The notes beneath the pieces were generated by a model, which had not been told where the DNA came from, made no database searches, and was given only the letters and a program-made list of their open reading frames with translations. The translations under genes were made by a program, and so were the position numbers. A stretch of DNA of 63,559 bases, the filler included, from Reticulomyxa filosa (taxonomy: Eukaryota > Protista > Foraminifera), in assembly GCA_000512085.1 (NCBI GenBank). It is 24 parts of 24 records of this genome, joined end to end, with 100 filler letters (N's around TTAATTAATTAA, not from the genome) between each part and the next. Parts side by side here need not be neighbours in the genome. Positions count along the whole stretch, not along the records: positions 11,355 to 12,820 come from ASPP01040307.1; positions 12,921 to 14,318 come from ASPP01028346.1; positions 14,419 to 17,390 come from ASPP01002090.1; positions 17,491 to 22,199 come from ASPP01023834.1; positions 22,300 to 29,970 come from ASPP01019977.1; 19 more parts are not named here. One strand, given 5' to 3'. Shown here piece after piece: positions 12,124 through 23,450 of the stretch (the first letter of the stretch is position 1; each line of letters starts with the position of its first letter).

Positions 12124-14969
12124 TTTTTTGGTTCGATATCCTTCTACACAGATATAGCCTTTTTTCCTTCCAGAAGACTTCTTTTCTTACATGAAATTTC
12201 TTTTATTTATTTAATTTTCGCCAGCCTGAGCATTGTGTTGAAATGTATACCAAAAATAACTTGATGTTTTTTTTACTTCAAAAATCATTTATTTTTCTTA
12301 AAAATAAACATACAACGTTTCATCAAACTTGTCAAGACATTACTGACTCACTAACGATTACTTTCAAAATTTAAACAATTCAAAGAAATAAATTATCTTT
12401 ATCATAGTTTTTTCAACGTGAATTATCATTTTTGATTTAGCATTAACGTTGTTTTACTTTGCTTGTTTTGTAATCACAAAACATTTTCTTGCAAATTTCA
12501 ATATAACATAAAACTAGCTAAGCTTTTTCAATACTGTTTTTTTTTTACAATTTCAACTTAATAAAAATCAGGACTCGAAGTAAATATGATAGTAGTTAGT
12601 TAAGTGCAAAAATTAAATTTCATGCTAAAGTAAATAAATATAAGAATATTAAGGTTATATAAAAAAAATATGATTATGAAGGAACAAATAAAATTAATGA
12701 AATATAATGAAAATGATTTAATATTAATACAATATTTTCTTAAACAACGAAATAATTTTTCAAAGTAAAGAACACACAAACGCTATTTTATAAAGAAAAT
12801 TTTTGTAATAAGAAATAATCNNNNNNNNNNNNNNNNNNNNNNNNNNNNNNNNNNNNNNNNNNNNTTAATTAATTAANNNNNNNNNNNNNNNNNNNNNNNN
12901 NNNNNNNNNNNNNNNNNNNNTCGATGGTATATGGTCTCATTGTACTGTAGCAAGTAGGTGAGCGCAGACATTGCATCATTATAGCGTTCGTCCAATTACA
13001 GCGCATATTTGTAAAAAAAAGATAAATTAATTTTAAAAAATGTATATATTACTGCGATACTAAACAAAACATGACATATAACTGTCGAATTGAGTGCTGT
13101 AGGCATCCATCATGTGCAAAGAGTGGACAAGTGTCCGATCTAGAACTTTCTGGGCTCGCTCGACTAGGCAAATGAGCGTTGATTGCATATAGAATTTTGC
13201 AGGCAAATTAAATCTTGACAATGACAATACAGTGGCTTATTCTCACAACAGTTGAAACTTCTACTGACATTATTATCGCTTTGATACTAGTATTAATAGT
13301 GGTAGTGATTGTTACATTTACAATGTAATTGCCATTGTAGCGGAGGAAGATAGAGCAAGAGAAGAAGAATATGCATCAGTTGAAGTTTGGACTCATGTGG
13401 AAGAGATTTGTATATTTGTGGCGACAGCAGTAACATTGTATTAAGTATATTTCGAATTGGTGTCGTTTCAAAGCTTGTGCACATTATTGAAAATAACTTG
13501 CTTTCGTCAGTCGCATTGAAAAGACGTCCAGCACTGTGATTACATTCTTCTTCGTCTTTGTGCATTTCCTATTCAAACATGCTATCTATATCTGTTTCCG
13601 TATATTTTCAAGATCACATTTGTAGTATGTTTCAACGATTGTTCAAATACATTGTTGCGCTTAAACTGCTGATATCTCGACGACTGTATTGAGCTCGAGT
13701 CGACAGTGTTTGCAATCTCCGCGACCGGTGCGACGCACTATCCGGCTGTCCTAAGAGTGCTCTGTTTTCGGGCTGCTACAGACAAACAAACTATTGTATC
13801 TTGAGATAAAAGTAGTTGTTCTATAAATGCGCGAACATTCCCTCAGCTATGGATGAGATTTATTCGGACGTTAACTTGATGATTGCCGAGTAAATGATTT
13901 GTTTGACGTTCAAATCTGGTCGGGACATATCGCTAATACTGTGCGGTGAGAGTTTCAAATTAGGTTGCACTAGTTGCTATTGTAATTTGCATCGAACGAT
14001 GTTTGCAAAGTGGGGACATCGACCACACATACTTCGTCAATGTGGAGTGGCAAAAGCTTGATAAACGACGTGGTGTATACTTGATACAACTTACCTTTGT
14101 TGTTTTTGAATATGGTGTTGAATTGCACCACGTCGACAGCTTTTTTTTTCATTCATTTATAACGTGATAAATATAATTTTATTTATTTTGTAAACAAATT
14201 ACAAAGTTGTTTTTATACTCACATGTATATTCACCGCATACCAAAGTTGGTGAAAGACTTGAGCGTAATATGGTCGAGTCTGTTCATTAAACTTAACAGC
14301 ATTTCTGAATGGAGATTGNNNNNNNNNNNNNNNNNNNNNNNNNNNNNNNNNNNNNNNNNNNNTTAATTAATTAANNNNNNNNNNNNNNNNNNNNNNNNNN
14401 NNNNNNNNNNNNNNNNNNGCAATTTAACCAATTTTTAATGAAATATTATTCATTAATATCTGTAAAGAATAGTTATGTCATAAATGCTACATTATTCAAA
14501 ATCATTAAATGATAATTTCTAAATTGATTAAACAAAAAGCATTATCTGGATAGATTATTCAAATTATTTATCAAAATTAAATAATACTTTTTTTTAAAAA
14601 GTTAAATAATATGTTCTTTTATTTCCTAAAAATCTTCATCAACAACATATTTCGCATTGTTTGGATATGAATATTTTTATATTTTCTTTGTACCTTCTGG
14701 CTAAGATCTCTGAGAGTACGAACTATTTGTCCATAAACAGTTAATTAGGATGATTTCTTCACTGCGATCTACAACACAAATGACTTGCTCTTTTGTAGGT
14801 TTACAACTCAAATGAATTTCAATTTATTTGGGTTAGTTGAAGTAGTGATCCCTAGTATCGCTGATGAATTTATAATTCACAACACCAACTGTTTTATCTC
14901 AATATCAAACAATATATTCTAAAAAAATATAGTCATATTTATTCTACTACAAAAAAATTGGACTTTTAC

Positions 14970-15065
14970 TTCCACAAATGAGGAATTCGTGTTTGTGTAG
15001 CACATTGAGAGTTAGAAAGTGGAGTGGACAACTCCTTCAAAGTTGAAAGTTTTGATTGCTCATGT
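14970..15065 (-). pseudogene. Kelch-family 5' remnant (frameshifted)
   Basis: Reverse strand reads atgagcaatcaaaactttcaactttgaaggagttgtccactccactttctaactctcaatgtgctacacaaacacgaattcctcatttgtgg, equivalent to FQTLKELPTSLYQSQCVVHKHEILICG of the intact Kelch gene. Confidence 0.75.
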
Positions 15066-15682
15066 TGTTAATGTCGAGGAACTATGAAGTAGTTAAGATT
15101 TTTTTAAAAGGGGGAAGTGCATGAAAAAGTTCCTCCTTTGAAGTTAAAAAGAGTCCAAAACTTTTTGAAGTGACCTAGCTTAGAAAAATAAAAAAATTGA
15201 AATATTAATTGTATCACACAATGCCACGATTATAGTGGATACGTTTTTTTGAAAGTGCAGAATGTATTTAACTATAAAGAATAAATTTGATTATTTGTTA
15301 AATATATTGGATATATACTTGTTATTTTGTACCTTTTTTTTCGAAAACAAAACAAACTCAAAAAAATCATGTTTTGCTTGAGTTCACAAGAAAAGACCTA
15401 TTGAGTGTTTCGATTATTCCATATTTCGGTAATCTCGCAAAAAAAAAAAAAAAAAGCCAAAATGAATACGTACTGAGGAATTGATTTCATTTTCTTTCAA
15501 ACAAAACATGACAAAAGTTGTTGAGTAATTTCTTTAATGAAAACAAAAAAGTTAACAAAACGAATTAGTCCCAGAAGTTTTGTAAATGACACCATCAAAT
15601 GAACAAACAACAAAAACAATAACAAATAAATAATGTAAGAAGCATTTGTTATTATTTCATTGTAAAAAAAAAAAAACAAAAA

Positions 15683-17390
15683 TTAAAATCTCCCACCACG
15701 TTGCTCTACAAGCATTTTCTGGGAAGGTGTTAAACCGTTGACATCCTTCCAAACACTTCCTTTCATTGACAGACCATTTTGAACTCCCGCTTGCCAAATG
15801 CATTTCACCAAGTCGTTATCGACAATACTATTTTTTTTGGTCAATTTGGAACTATCCGAATCCTTCTGATCAATTGCGGGATCAATCTCCCACAATCGAA
15901 TTGTCTTGTCCGCCGAACACGACACAATTTTGGAGCCATCAGGTGAGAACTGCACCGCATTTACTTCATCGGAATGTCCTTCTAACAATTGAAGCTGCTG
16001 TCCAGTGGTCGCATCCCATAATCGAATAGTGCGATCATGGGAGAAGGAAATAACTTTGGAGCCATTGGGCGAGAATTGCGCCCCAGTGATAGTTTGTGCA
16101 TGTCCCTCCAGAATTTGTGTTTGTTGACCTGAAGACAAGTCCCATATTCGAATGACATGATCACCCGAGCATGCGAAAAGTTTGGAGCCATCTGGTGAAA
16201 ATTGCGCTCGATATACAGGATCAAAAGATCCTTGCAATATTTGCAGCAATTGACCAGAACGCACATTCCATATTCGAATAGTGTTGTCGTTTGAATACGA
16301 CACAATTTTGGAGCCATCCTGTGAAAATTGCGCGCCATTGACACACTCGGAATGTCCTTCCAAAACATGGAGCTGTTTTCCCGACCACAAATCTCTCAGC
16401 TGAATGGTGTTGTTAATCAAACACGACAGAATTTGAGAAGCATCTGGCGAGAATTGCACATCGTTGATTGTCAATGAATGTTCCACCAACAATTGCAGCT
16501 GCCGTCCTGAATCTGCATTCCAAATTCGAATTGTCTTATCATTGGAACAAGATAACACGGCAGACCCATCAAATGAAAATTGTGCTTTGGTCACTTCGTC
16601 AGAATGTCCCTCTAACAAATGCAATTGCTTTCCAGAAGCAATGTCCCATATTCGAATTGTCTTATCTCTTGAGCATGACACAAGCTTTGAACCATCGGGT
16701 GAAAAATTGGCTATATATGCGCCGGATGCATGTCCTTCCAACAATTGGATTTGTCTACCTGATAACACATCCCATAATCGAATGGTTCGATCATGCGAAC
16801 ATGAGACCACTTTGGAGCCATCTGGTGAAAATTGCACAGCAAATACCCATGACGAATGTCCTTCCTTCAATTGCGATTCTCTTCCAAATGACACATCCCA
16901 CAGTCGAATTGTCTTATCCGTTGAGCTTGACAAAACTTTGGAGCCATCTGGCGAAAATTGCACTGAGGTGATCTCTCCCAAATGTCCTTCCAACAATTGG
17001 ATCTGTCTTCCTGATGACACATCCCATATTCGAATGGTTTCATCCTGCGATGAGGAAACAACTTTGGAGCCATCCAATGCAAAGCTCGCCGCAACAACAG
17101 GGGCGATATGTCCTTGCAAAACTTGGATCTGTTGCTTCGAATGGACATCCCATATTCGAATAGTATGATCACTTGAGCACGATACAATCCTCCGTCCATC
17201 TTCTGGTGAAAATTGCACTCCATTGATTTCATCCAAATGTCCTCCCTCCAAAATGTAGATCTGTTTTCCCGAACATGCATCCCACATGCGGATGGTTTTG
17301 TCTCTTGCACAAGACACAATCTTGGTGCCATCTGGGGAAAATTGCACTCCATTGATTTCATCCAAATGTCCTTCCATCAATTGAATTTGT
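15683..17390 (-). CDS. WD40-repeat protein with about 12 highly similar repeats (5'-truncated)
   Basis: Repeated LEGH...VQFSPDGSKIVSCS.DKTIRIWD units; C-terminal CIWQAGVQNGLSMKGSVWKDVNGL tail. Confidence 0.95.
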
Positions 17391-17490
17391 NNNNNNNNNN
17401 NNNNNNNNNNNNNNNNNNNNNNNNNNNNNNNNNNTTAATTAATTAANNNNNNNNNNNNNNNNNNNNNNNNNNNNNNNNNNNNNNNNNNNN

Positions 17491-18032
17491 ATAAAATGAA
17501 TAATATTGGTGTGATTGGTGGAAATGGATATACAATTTGTTCTGGATCATTTGATAATACTATTCGAATATGGGATATTGAAACAGCAAAACAATTCAAT
17601 GTATTCAAAGGACATCTAAGTTATGTGAATGATGTAAAATATGGATCAAATGAATTATTAAATACAATATTATCTGGATCACGTGATAAAAGTGTTCGTT
17701 TATGGGATACTCGATCTGGTGAACAAATTCAAATCTTCAATAAACACAAAAAAGAAGTATCGTCTGTTGAATATTCACCATTGATAATAAAGAATAGTAA
17801 ATTTGGTGGTAATTCGAATGTGATATGTTCTGGAGCATGGGATAATGCAATTCGTTTTTGGGATATTCGATCAAATAAGAAAGAATTGCATATGATCAAA
17901 TATCATAGAAAATATAATGGAATGTTGTGCCTTAAATTTATTGTATTGAAAAAGAAAGAGACAAAGAATGTTACATATAATTTGAATTTTTGTTGTGGTT
18001 CAAGTCATGGTGACATTCGTATTTGGGAATGA
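17491..18032 (+). CDS. WD40-repeat protein, C-terminal part (GGNGYTICSGS family)
   Basis: NIGVIGGNGYTICSGSFDNTIRIWD..ILSGSRDKSVRLWD..ICSGAWDNAIRFWD..IRIWE*. Confidence 0.93.
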
Positions 18033-18667
18033 TTTACTTTTTGTCGAATAAAAAATGAAAATACTTTTATTTGAAAAGTTTGATTAAAAGGAAAGTTAAT
18101 TGATATTAAACTTGTTTGATTTGATTGAATGCAAACATTGAATGATGTGCTCTGTCTTTGTTATTTAAAAATATTCGGATCACTTTAAGTACAAAAGTCT
18201 TGGACACACCAAAATGATACCTTATGAAAATGGTCGATTTTCTAAGTCAAAATCTACAAATCTTTAAGTGTTTCAAAATTATATTTCTCATTTTTAACTT
18301 ACAGGTAGATATGTAAAATACTTTAATGTAGAATGACAAATATTATCAATTTACTGATATAATTGTATGAAAAATATTAAAATGATAAAATCTAAGTGTT
18401 ACTTTCATTCAATCGTTACTTTGTTTAAAAAAAATTAATTTACTAAGATATCAAATTTGTTGAAATATGAGAAAAAGCAATCAATTGAAAGTAAAAGAAA
18501 GATAGAAAAGATGATGAAATGTTAACGAAATTCGATAATAATATAAATTTAAGTAAAATATCTTAGAAAATTCTTATTTAAAAAAAAAACAAATTACTCT
18601 TTCAAATAGGATAAATGTGATTAATATGTTTTAAAGAAAAATTTTGAAAACAATAAGATGCAGTTTT

Positions 18668-19908
18668 TTACGTTCTAATATATTTCATGACAATTTTGTC
18701 AAAATCATCGATCCATCCTAATTTTATTTCTGAAATTCGAATCCAATATTGAATTGCAAATTTTATTTCTTTTTTTGACTGTTGATATTATTTATTGATT
18801 AGTTTCATGTAACGCAAATTTATTAATTTTTGAGAAAAAAAAAAAAGATCATTACCAACTGTGAAGGATCCCATACATGCACTTCTGTCTTCATATGAGT
18901 TGATAATATGCTATTTTTATTTTGTCCTCCAATAATGTGTATATAAGTGCTATTTTTATTCAGTACTGCAGTACAATGACACAATGGACCGGGTAAAGTG
19001 TTTTCAAATTTCGTCCATTTTTTTTCTTTAATTGAATATTTATGCACAGATTTTGAAAAAACGCATTTATCATCATTCCATCCACCAAAGAACAAGATAA
19101 TATCATTAACACACACATATGCATAATTGCTGAGTTTTGCAATATCGTCACAAACAAGTAGTTGATGAAATTGAAAAGTATTGTTATCTTCATCATATTC
19201 AATTGATAATCCTGTATTTTGATAAAACAACAACATTTGATAATTTTGTTTATTTGTTTTCATCATTTCTTGTCCATGTCCATTTGCTGAATTTGATACA
19301 AAACAATGATGATGAACATGATTATCAGCTGGTAGATTATCATGCTTAATAAATTGAAATGTATTTAAATCAAACACACTAATATGATTTAAATAATAAG
19401 TGATAAATAACAAATGATTGTTACTTCCACCAACCACTGCACGCATTCCATGATAATAATGCATTTCAGCTCTTCCAATGATAATTGGATTATTGTGATT
19501 GTCTGTGACAGGAATCCATTCATTGTAATTGCTTGATTTGTTTGATCCATTTGATATATTACTCCAAACACTTACATATTTCATCATTAATGTATGTCTA
19601 CGAGATCCACCAAAAGACAACAAAGTAATTTGATCGCTGTCTTTGTTGTCATTTACTAATTTCACTACACAGTATTCACATAATCCAACTTGCCTTGGGT
19701 ACTCACAGATAAACTTGTACTCATTTTTGATTATATGATAAGAGTAACAAGCATTTTTTAATTGACCTCCGCAAATGAGGATTTCGTGTTTGTGTACCAC
19801 ACATTGAGATTGATAAAGTGAAGTAGGCAACTCCTTCAAAGTTTGAAAGGAGTTAATAAGATGTTGACTTTGTTTAGTTTCTCTTTGTGTTGTAGTTCGA
19901 TTACCCAT
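18668..19908 (-). CDS. Kelch-repeat beta-propeller protein, 2 exons (19908-18856, 18778-18668)
   Basis: GG-containing blades ILICGG, LLSFGG, AVVGG, ILFFGGW, IHIIGG; GT...CAG intron; terminal exon SKKEIKFAIQYWIRISEIKLGWIDDFDKIVMKYIRT*; N-terminal MGNRTT. Confidence 0.9.
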
Positions 19909-21317
19909 ATTGTTAATGATGCTGACCCTCTTGAAAAAACAAAAAAAACAAAAAAAAGTGCTTTATGTGGACTTTTTTTTTGTTAATAAAACAAGAGAAC
20001 TGCACATAATTGAATAAAAAAACTAATCAATTACATCTCTTTGAAACATAAACAACAATAAAATATTCAATTATTGTGTCTAGAACATTCCACAACTATC
20101 ATGCAAAAAGCATAATCATATTACAGCAAAAGATTTCGAAGATATTTGTTTGTTTTATAATATAATATTTCAATCAATTGTTTATAAAAATTTTATCTTT
20201 GGAGATAGTGATCATAGAGAAAAAGTATTTAATACGTTTTAAGCTCAGACAACAACATTATTGCAAAATTGAATTTAATTGGAATCAATTTGAAACTAAA
20301 AAATTTATTCACCGGACAAATCCGTTATTGATTGTCATTTCAGTGCTAATACAAAGAATTGATGTAATTGGGAATCAATTTATTAAGTATTTCAAAGATT
20401 AATGAGCAATTGAGTGGTTTTATTTTGCGCTTTGTGTTAGATTGCAAACATTACGTGATTCTAATGTCGATATTGGTGGGAGAATACGAGAAGTAAAGTA
20501 AATATTTTGTCATCTGACGTTGTGGCTGAGTTAATTTGTATTTTGAAACCCCTGATTTTGTAGATATTATTTGTCAATGATTTTTTTAAAAAAATAAATA
20601 ACTGTATAGAATAATAGAAACAAAAATATGAATAAATCAATAAAAAATGAAACTGATTGCATTCTAAAAGTGATTTTTGATAACACCTTCAGCAGTATTA
20701 CTAGATATTTTAAAATGGTTGTAATATTAATTATCTTTACCAGATTTTTTTTTAGTCTGTTAAGTTTACGCAACTTTTTTTCGAGGAAAACAAAGTCTTG
20801 TAAAACATTCCTTTGTTTAATTAGTAGTTAGTATGAATTATTTGTAGTTAATAGCAAAAAAACTGGAGTGGAACAGAGAACTTTTTTCGAAACCTCCTTC
20901 CACTCTCATTTGGTTCTTGTATGTTTTCTTGGAAAAAAATTGCAATAATACTTTGTATAAATTCAATTTTGATTTCTTTATTAAAAAAAATTCCACCAGC
21001 TTGAAAATAAAGTTATTTTTATGCTCAAATGCTAGCTTCTTGAAAGAAATCATCAATGCTAAAATAATACAAAAAGATAGCAATAATTTTTCGAAACTCA
21101 ACAACTTTTCATGTTTTGTTTGGAAGAAATAAAACCAATTCATAAGTAAGTCTGATTTTAGCTAGATTATAGGACAATCGAAACATTCAATAGGTTTTTC
21201 CTTGTGAACTCAAGCAGGTCACTCCAAAAAATTTGGATTTTTTTTACAGCGAAAGGACAAATTTTTCATGTACTTCCCCTTTGTAAAAAAACCTAAACTG
21301 CTTCATAGTTCCTCAAT

Positions 21318-21420
21318 ATGAGCACAAATCTTTCAAGCTTTAAAGGAGCTACCCACTCCACTTTCTCAAGCTCAATGTGTGCCACACAAACACGAACTCT
21401 CATTTTTTAATGCAAACTTT
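21318..21420 (+). pseudogene. Kelch-family 5' remnant
   Basis: MSTNLSSFKG.. / FQALKELPTPLSQAQCVPHKHELS then collapses into AT-rich sequence; upstream ~140 bp is homologous to 15060-15410 (minus). Confidence 0.75.
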
Positions 21421-21943
21421 TGGACGAAGAAAAACTCTTCATCAAAAAAAAAATGAACGTTTATCGAAGAGGAATATTTTTGATTTTATTTTATTGGATT
21501 TCCAATCACAAAAAAATAGAATTTTTATTCTTACTCCAAAAAAAATTGCAGTGTTTCTTAATATATAAAATTCTCAAAGATTAGAATTTTCTACAATTTT
21601 TTGATAAAAGGGCAATTAAAAAAAAGATTCTATTGTTAACGTTTTTGTGCAATATATTTTTCCGTTTTTAGGGAATGTGAAATATTGTCCAACATTGAGT
21701 TTGTTTGTTACAACAATACTGCAGAGGACTAATACCTGACAATCTACACAATCTACACTCATTTTTTACTACTGTTATTATTTTGCAACATAACATATTT
21801 GCACGAGAACTTTCAAAATTCTGAATATAATTTCCAGATAGAGCAAATCTTCAATGCATGCATTCAATCAAATCAAACAAGTTTATATCACCACTTTTCT
21901 TTTCAACAAAAACACTTTCATTTCTTATTGAATAAAAAGTAAA

Positions 21944-22199
21944 TTATCCCCAAATACGAATGGGACCGTTGCGTGAACTATAACATAAATTCAAATCATA
22001 TGTAACATTCTTTGTCTTTTCTTTTTTCGATACAATAAATTTAAGACAAATTATTCCATCATCTTCTTTCTCATCTCTTTTGATCATATACAATTGATTC
22101 ATATTTGATCGAATATCCCAAAATCGAATTGTATTATCACATGATCCAGAACATATCACATCTGAATTACCAATACTATTCTTTATTACAAATGGTGAA
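21944..22199 (-). CDS. WD40-repeat protein, C-terminal part
   Basis: VICSGSCDNTIRFWDIRSN..LNLCYSSRNGPIRIWG*; paralogue of 17491-18032 including its 3' flank. Confidence 0.9.
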
Positions 22200-22332
22200 N
22201 NNNNNNNNNNNNNNNNNNNNNNNNNNNNNNNNNNNNNNNNNNNTTAATTAATTAANNNNNNNNNNNNNNNNNNNNNNNNNNNNNNNNNNNNNNNNNNNNA
22301 ATAACAATAACAATAATAAAATAAAATAAATG

Positions 22333-22880
22333 AAAGGCTTCACAGTTGCCTCGTGAAACGTCAACAGCGGACAATGATGGGGAAACTGGCAATGACGAAG
22401 ACAAGGTCATCGAATTGAATTGGGCCGAATGCGGTGTTTTCATTAAGACGAAGATCAACGCGCAAACCGCGGATAAGATATGGGAGAAATTGCAAGACGA
22501 AAACGGACAGATCCCTGCAAGCAAACTGGTGGAGTTGATGATCTTTGTTGGCACGCTACATGTATCATACGACTACAAGCGCAAAAATTTGGGCAAGCCG
22601 CAAATCCATAAAGCCAAGTTCAAAAAATTCATTGCGCCATTCCAACAATGGCTGTTGCAAACGCACTTGACCGAATCCAACTCTTTGAGCAAAAAACAAT
22701 TTATTGAGGAATTGAGTGATTGGGTCATCGAGGTATGTACATATCCTTTCTCTTCCCTCTCCCTGTTTTCTTTTCCCCCCCCCTTCGGTTTTGAAACACA
22801 TTGCACATTTTTGTTTTTGTTGTGTTTTTTTTCAGTACGCAAAAACGCTTGAAACCAAGAGTTGAAACGGATAATCAAAA
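22333..22880 (+). CDS. EF-hand-like protein fragment
   Basis: ADKIWEKLQDENGQIPASKLVELM resembles a degenerate EF-hand; GT donor at ~22733. Confidence 0.45.
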
Positions 22881-23450
22881 GGTGGATTGACATCTATTTT
22901 TTTGTTGATGTGTACTGGCGGAAGAAAAAAAATGAAAAAGATTATGTGATATATATTTGGTGTTTTGGTTTTTTTGGATTGACACGGATAAGAGTTTGAG
23001 CTGTTTGTATTTTGTGGAAAATAAAATTTTTGTCCGAAGCAAATACGGAAAAATTTGATTTCCTTTTTCCAATTAATTCTTTCAACGAGCATGTTCGAAA
23101 CTGGTTTAGTGACATTAATTTGAAATATGTCAGGACACAAGAAGTATGTATTTTTACTAATAAAATATCTTTAGTTTCGTCTTAAGTTATTTCAAGAAAG
23201 GAATAAAAAGGACGAATAATAAACACATTGTGAAATAAATTAATTGTTTTCACATAATGCCAAATTCAGCGGAAAAACAAAGCAAAAAAAAAAAGTGCTT
23301 TAAAAATCGTTAGAATACAAGAAGTGACTTTCAATATTTATTTCAAACAAGAATATGCACCAAGCATATATCGATAAAAGGCAAATCTCATATCATTATT
23401 ACGAATGTGATGCGATAACGAGAATAAAAAAGGAAAGATAAGAAATATAA

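Noticed and set aside
16464-17168. Long antisense ORFs over the WD40 array and over low-complexity genes (e.g. 31040-31514, 45965-46469, 57744-58145)
   Set aside because: Shadow frames produced by repeats and trinucleotide tracts.
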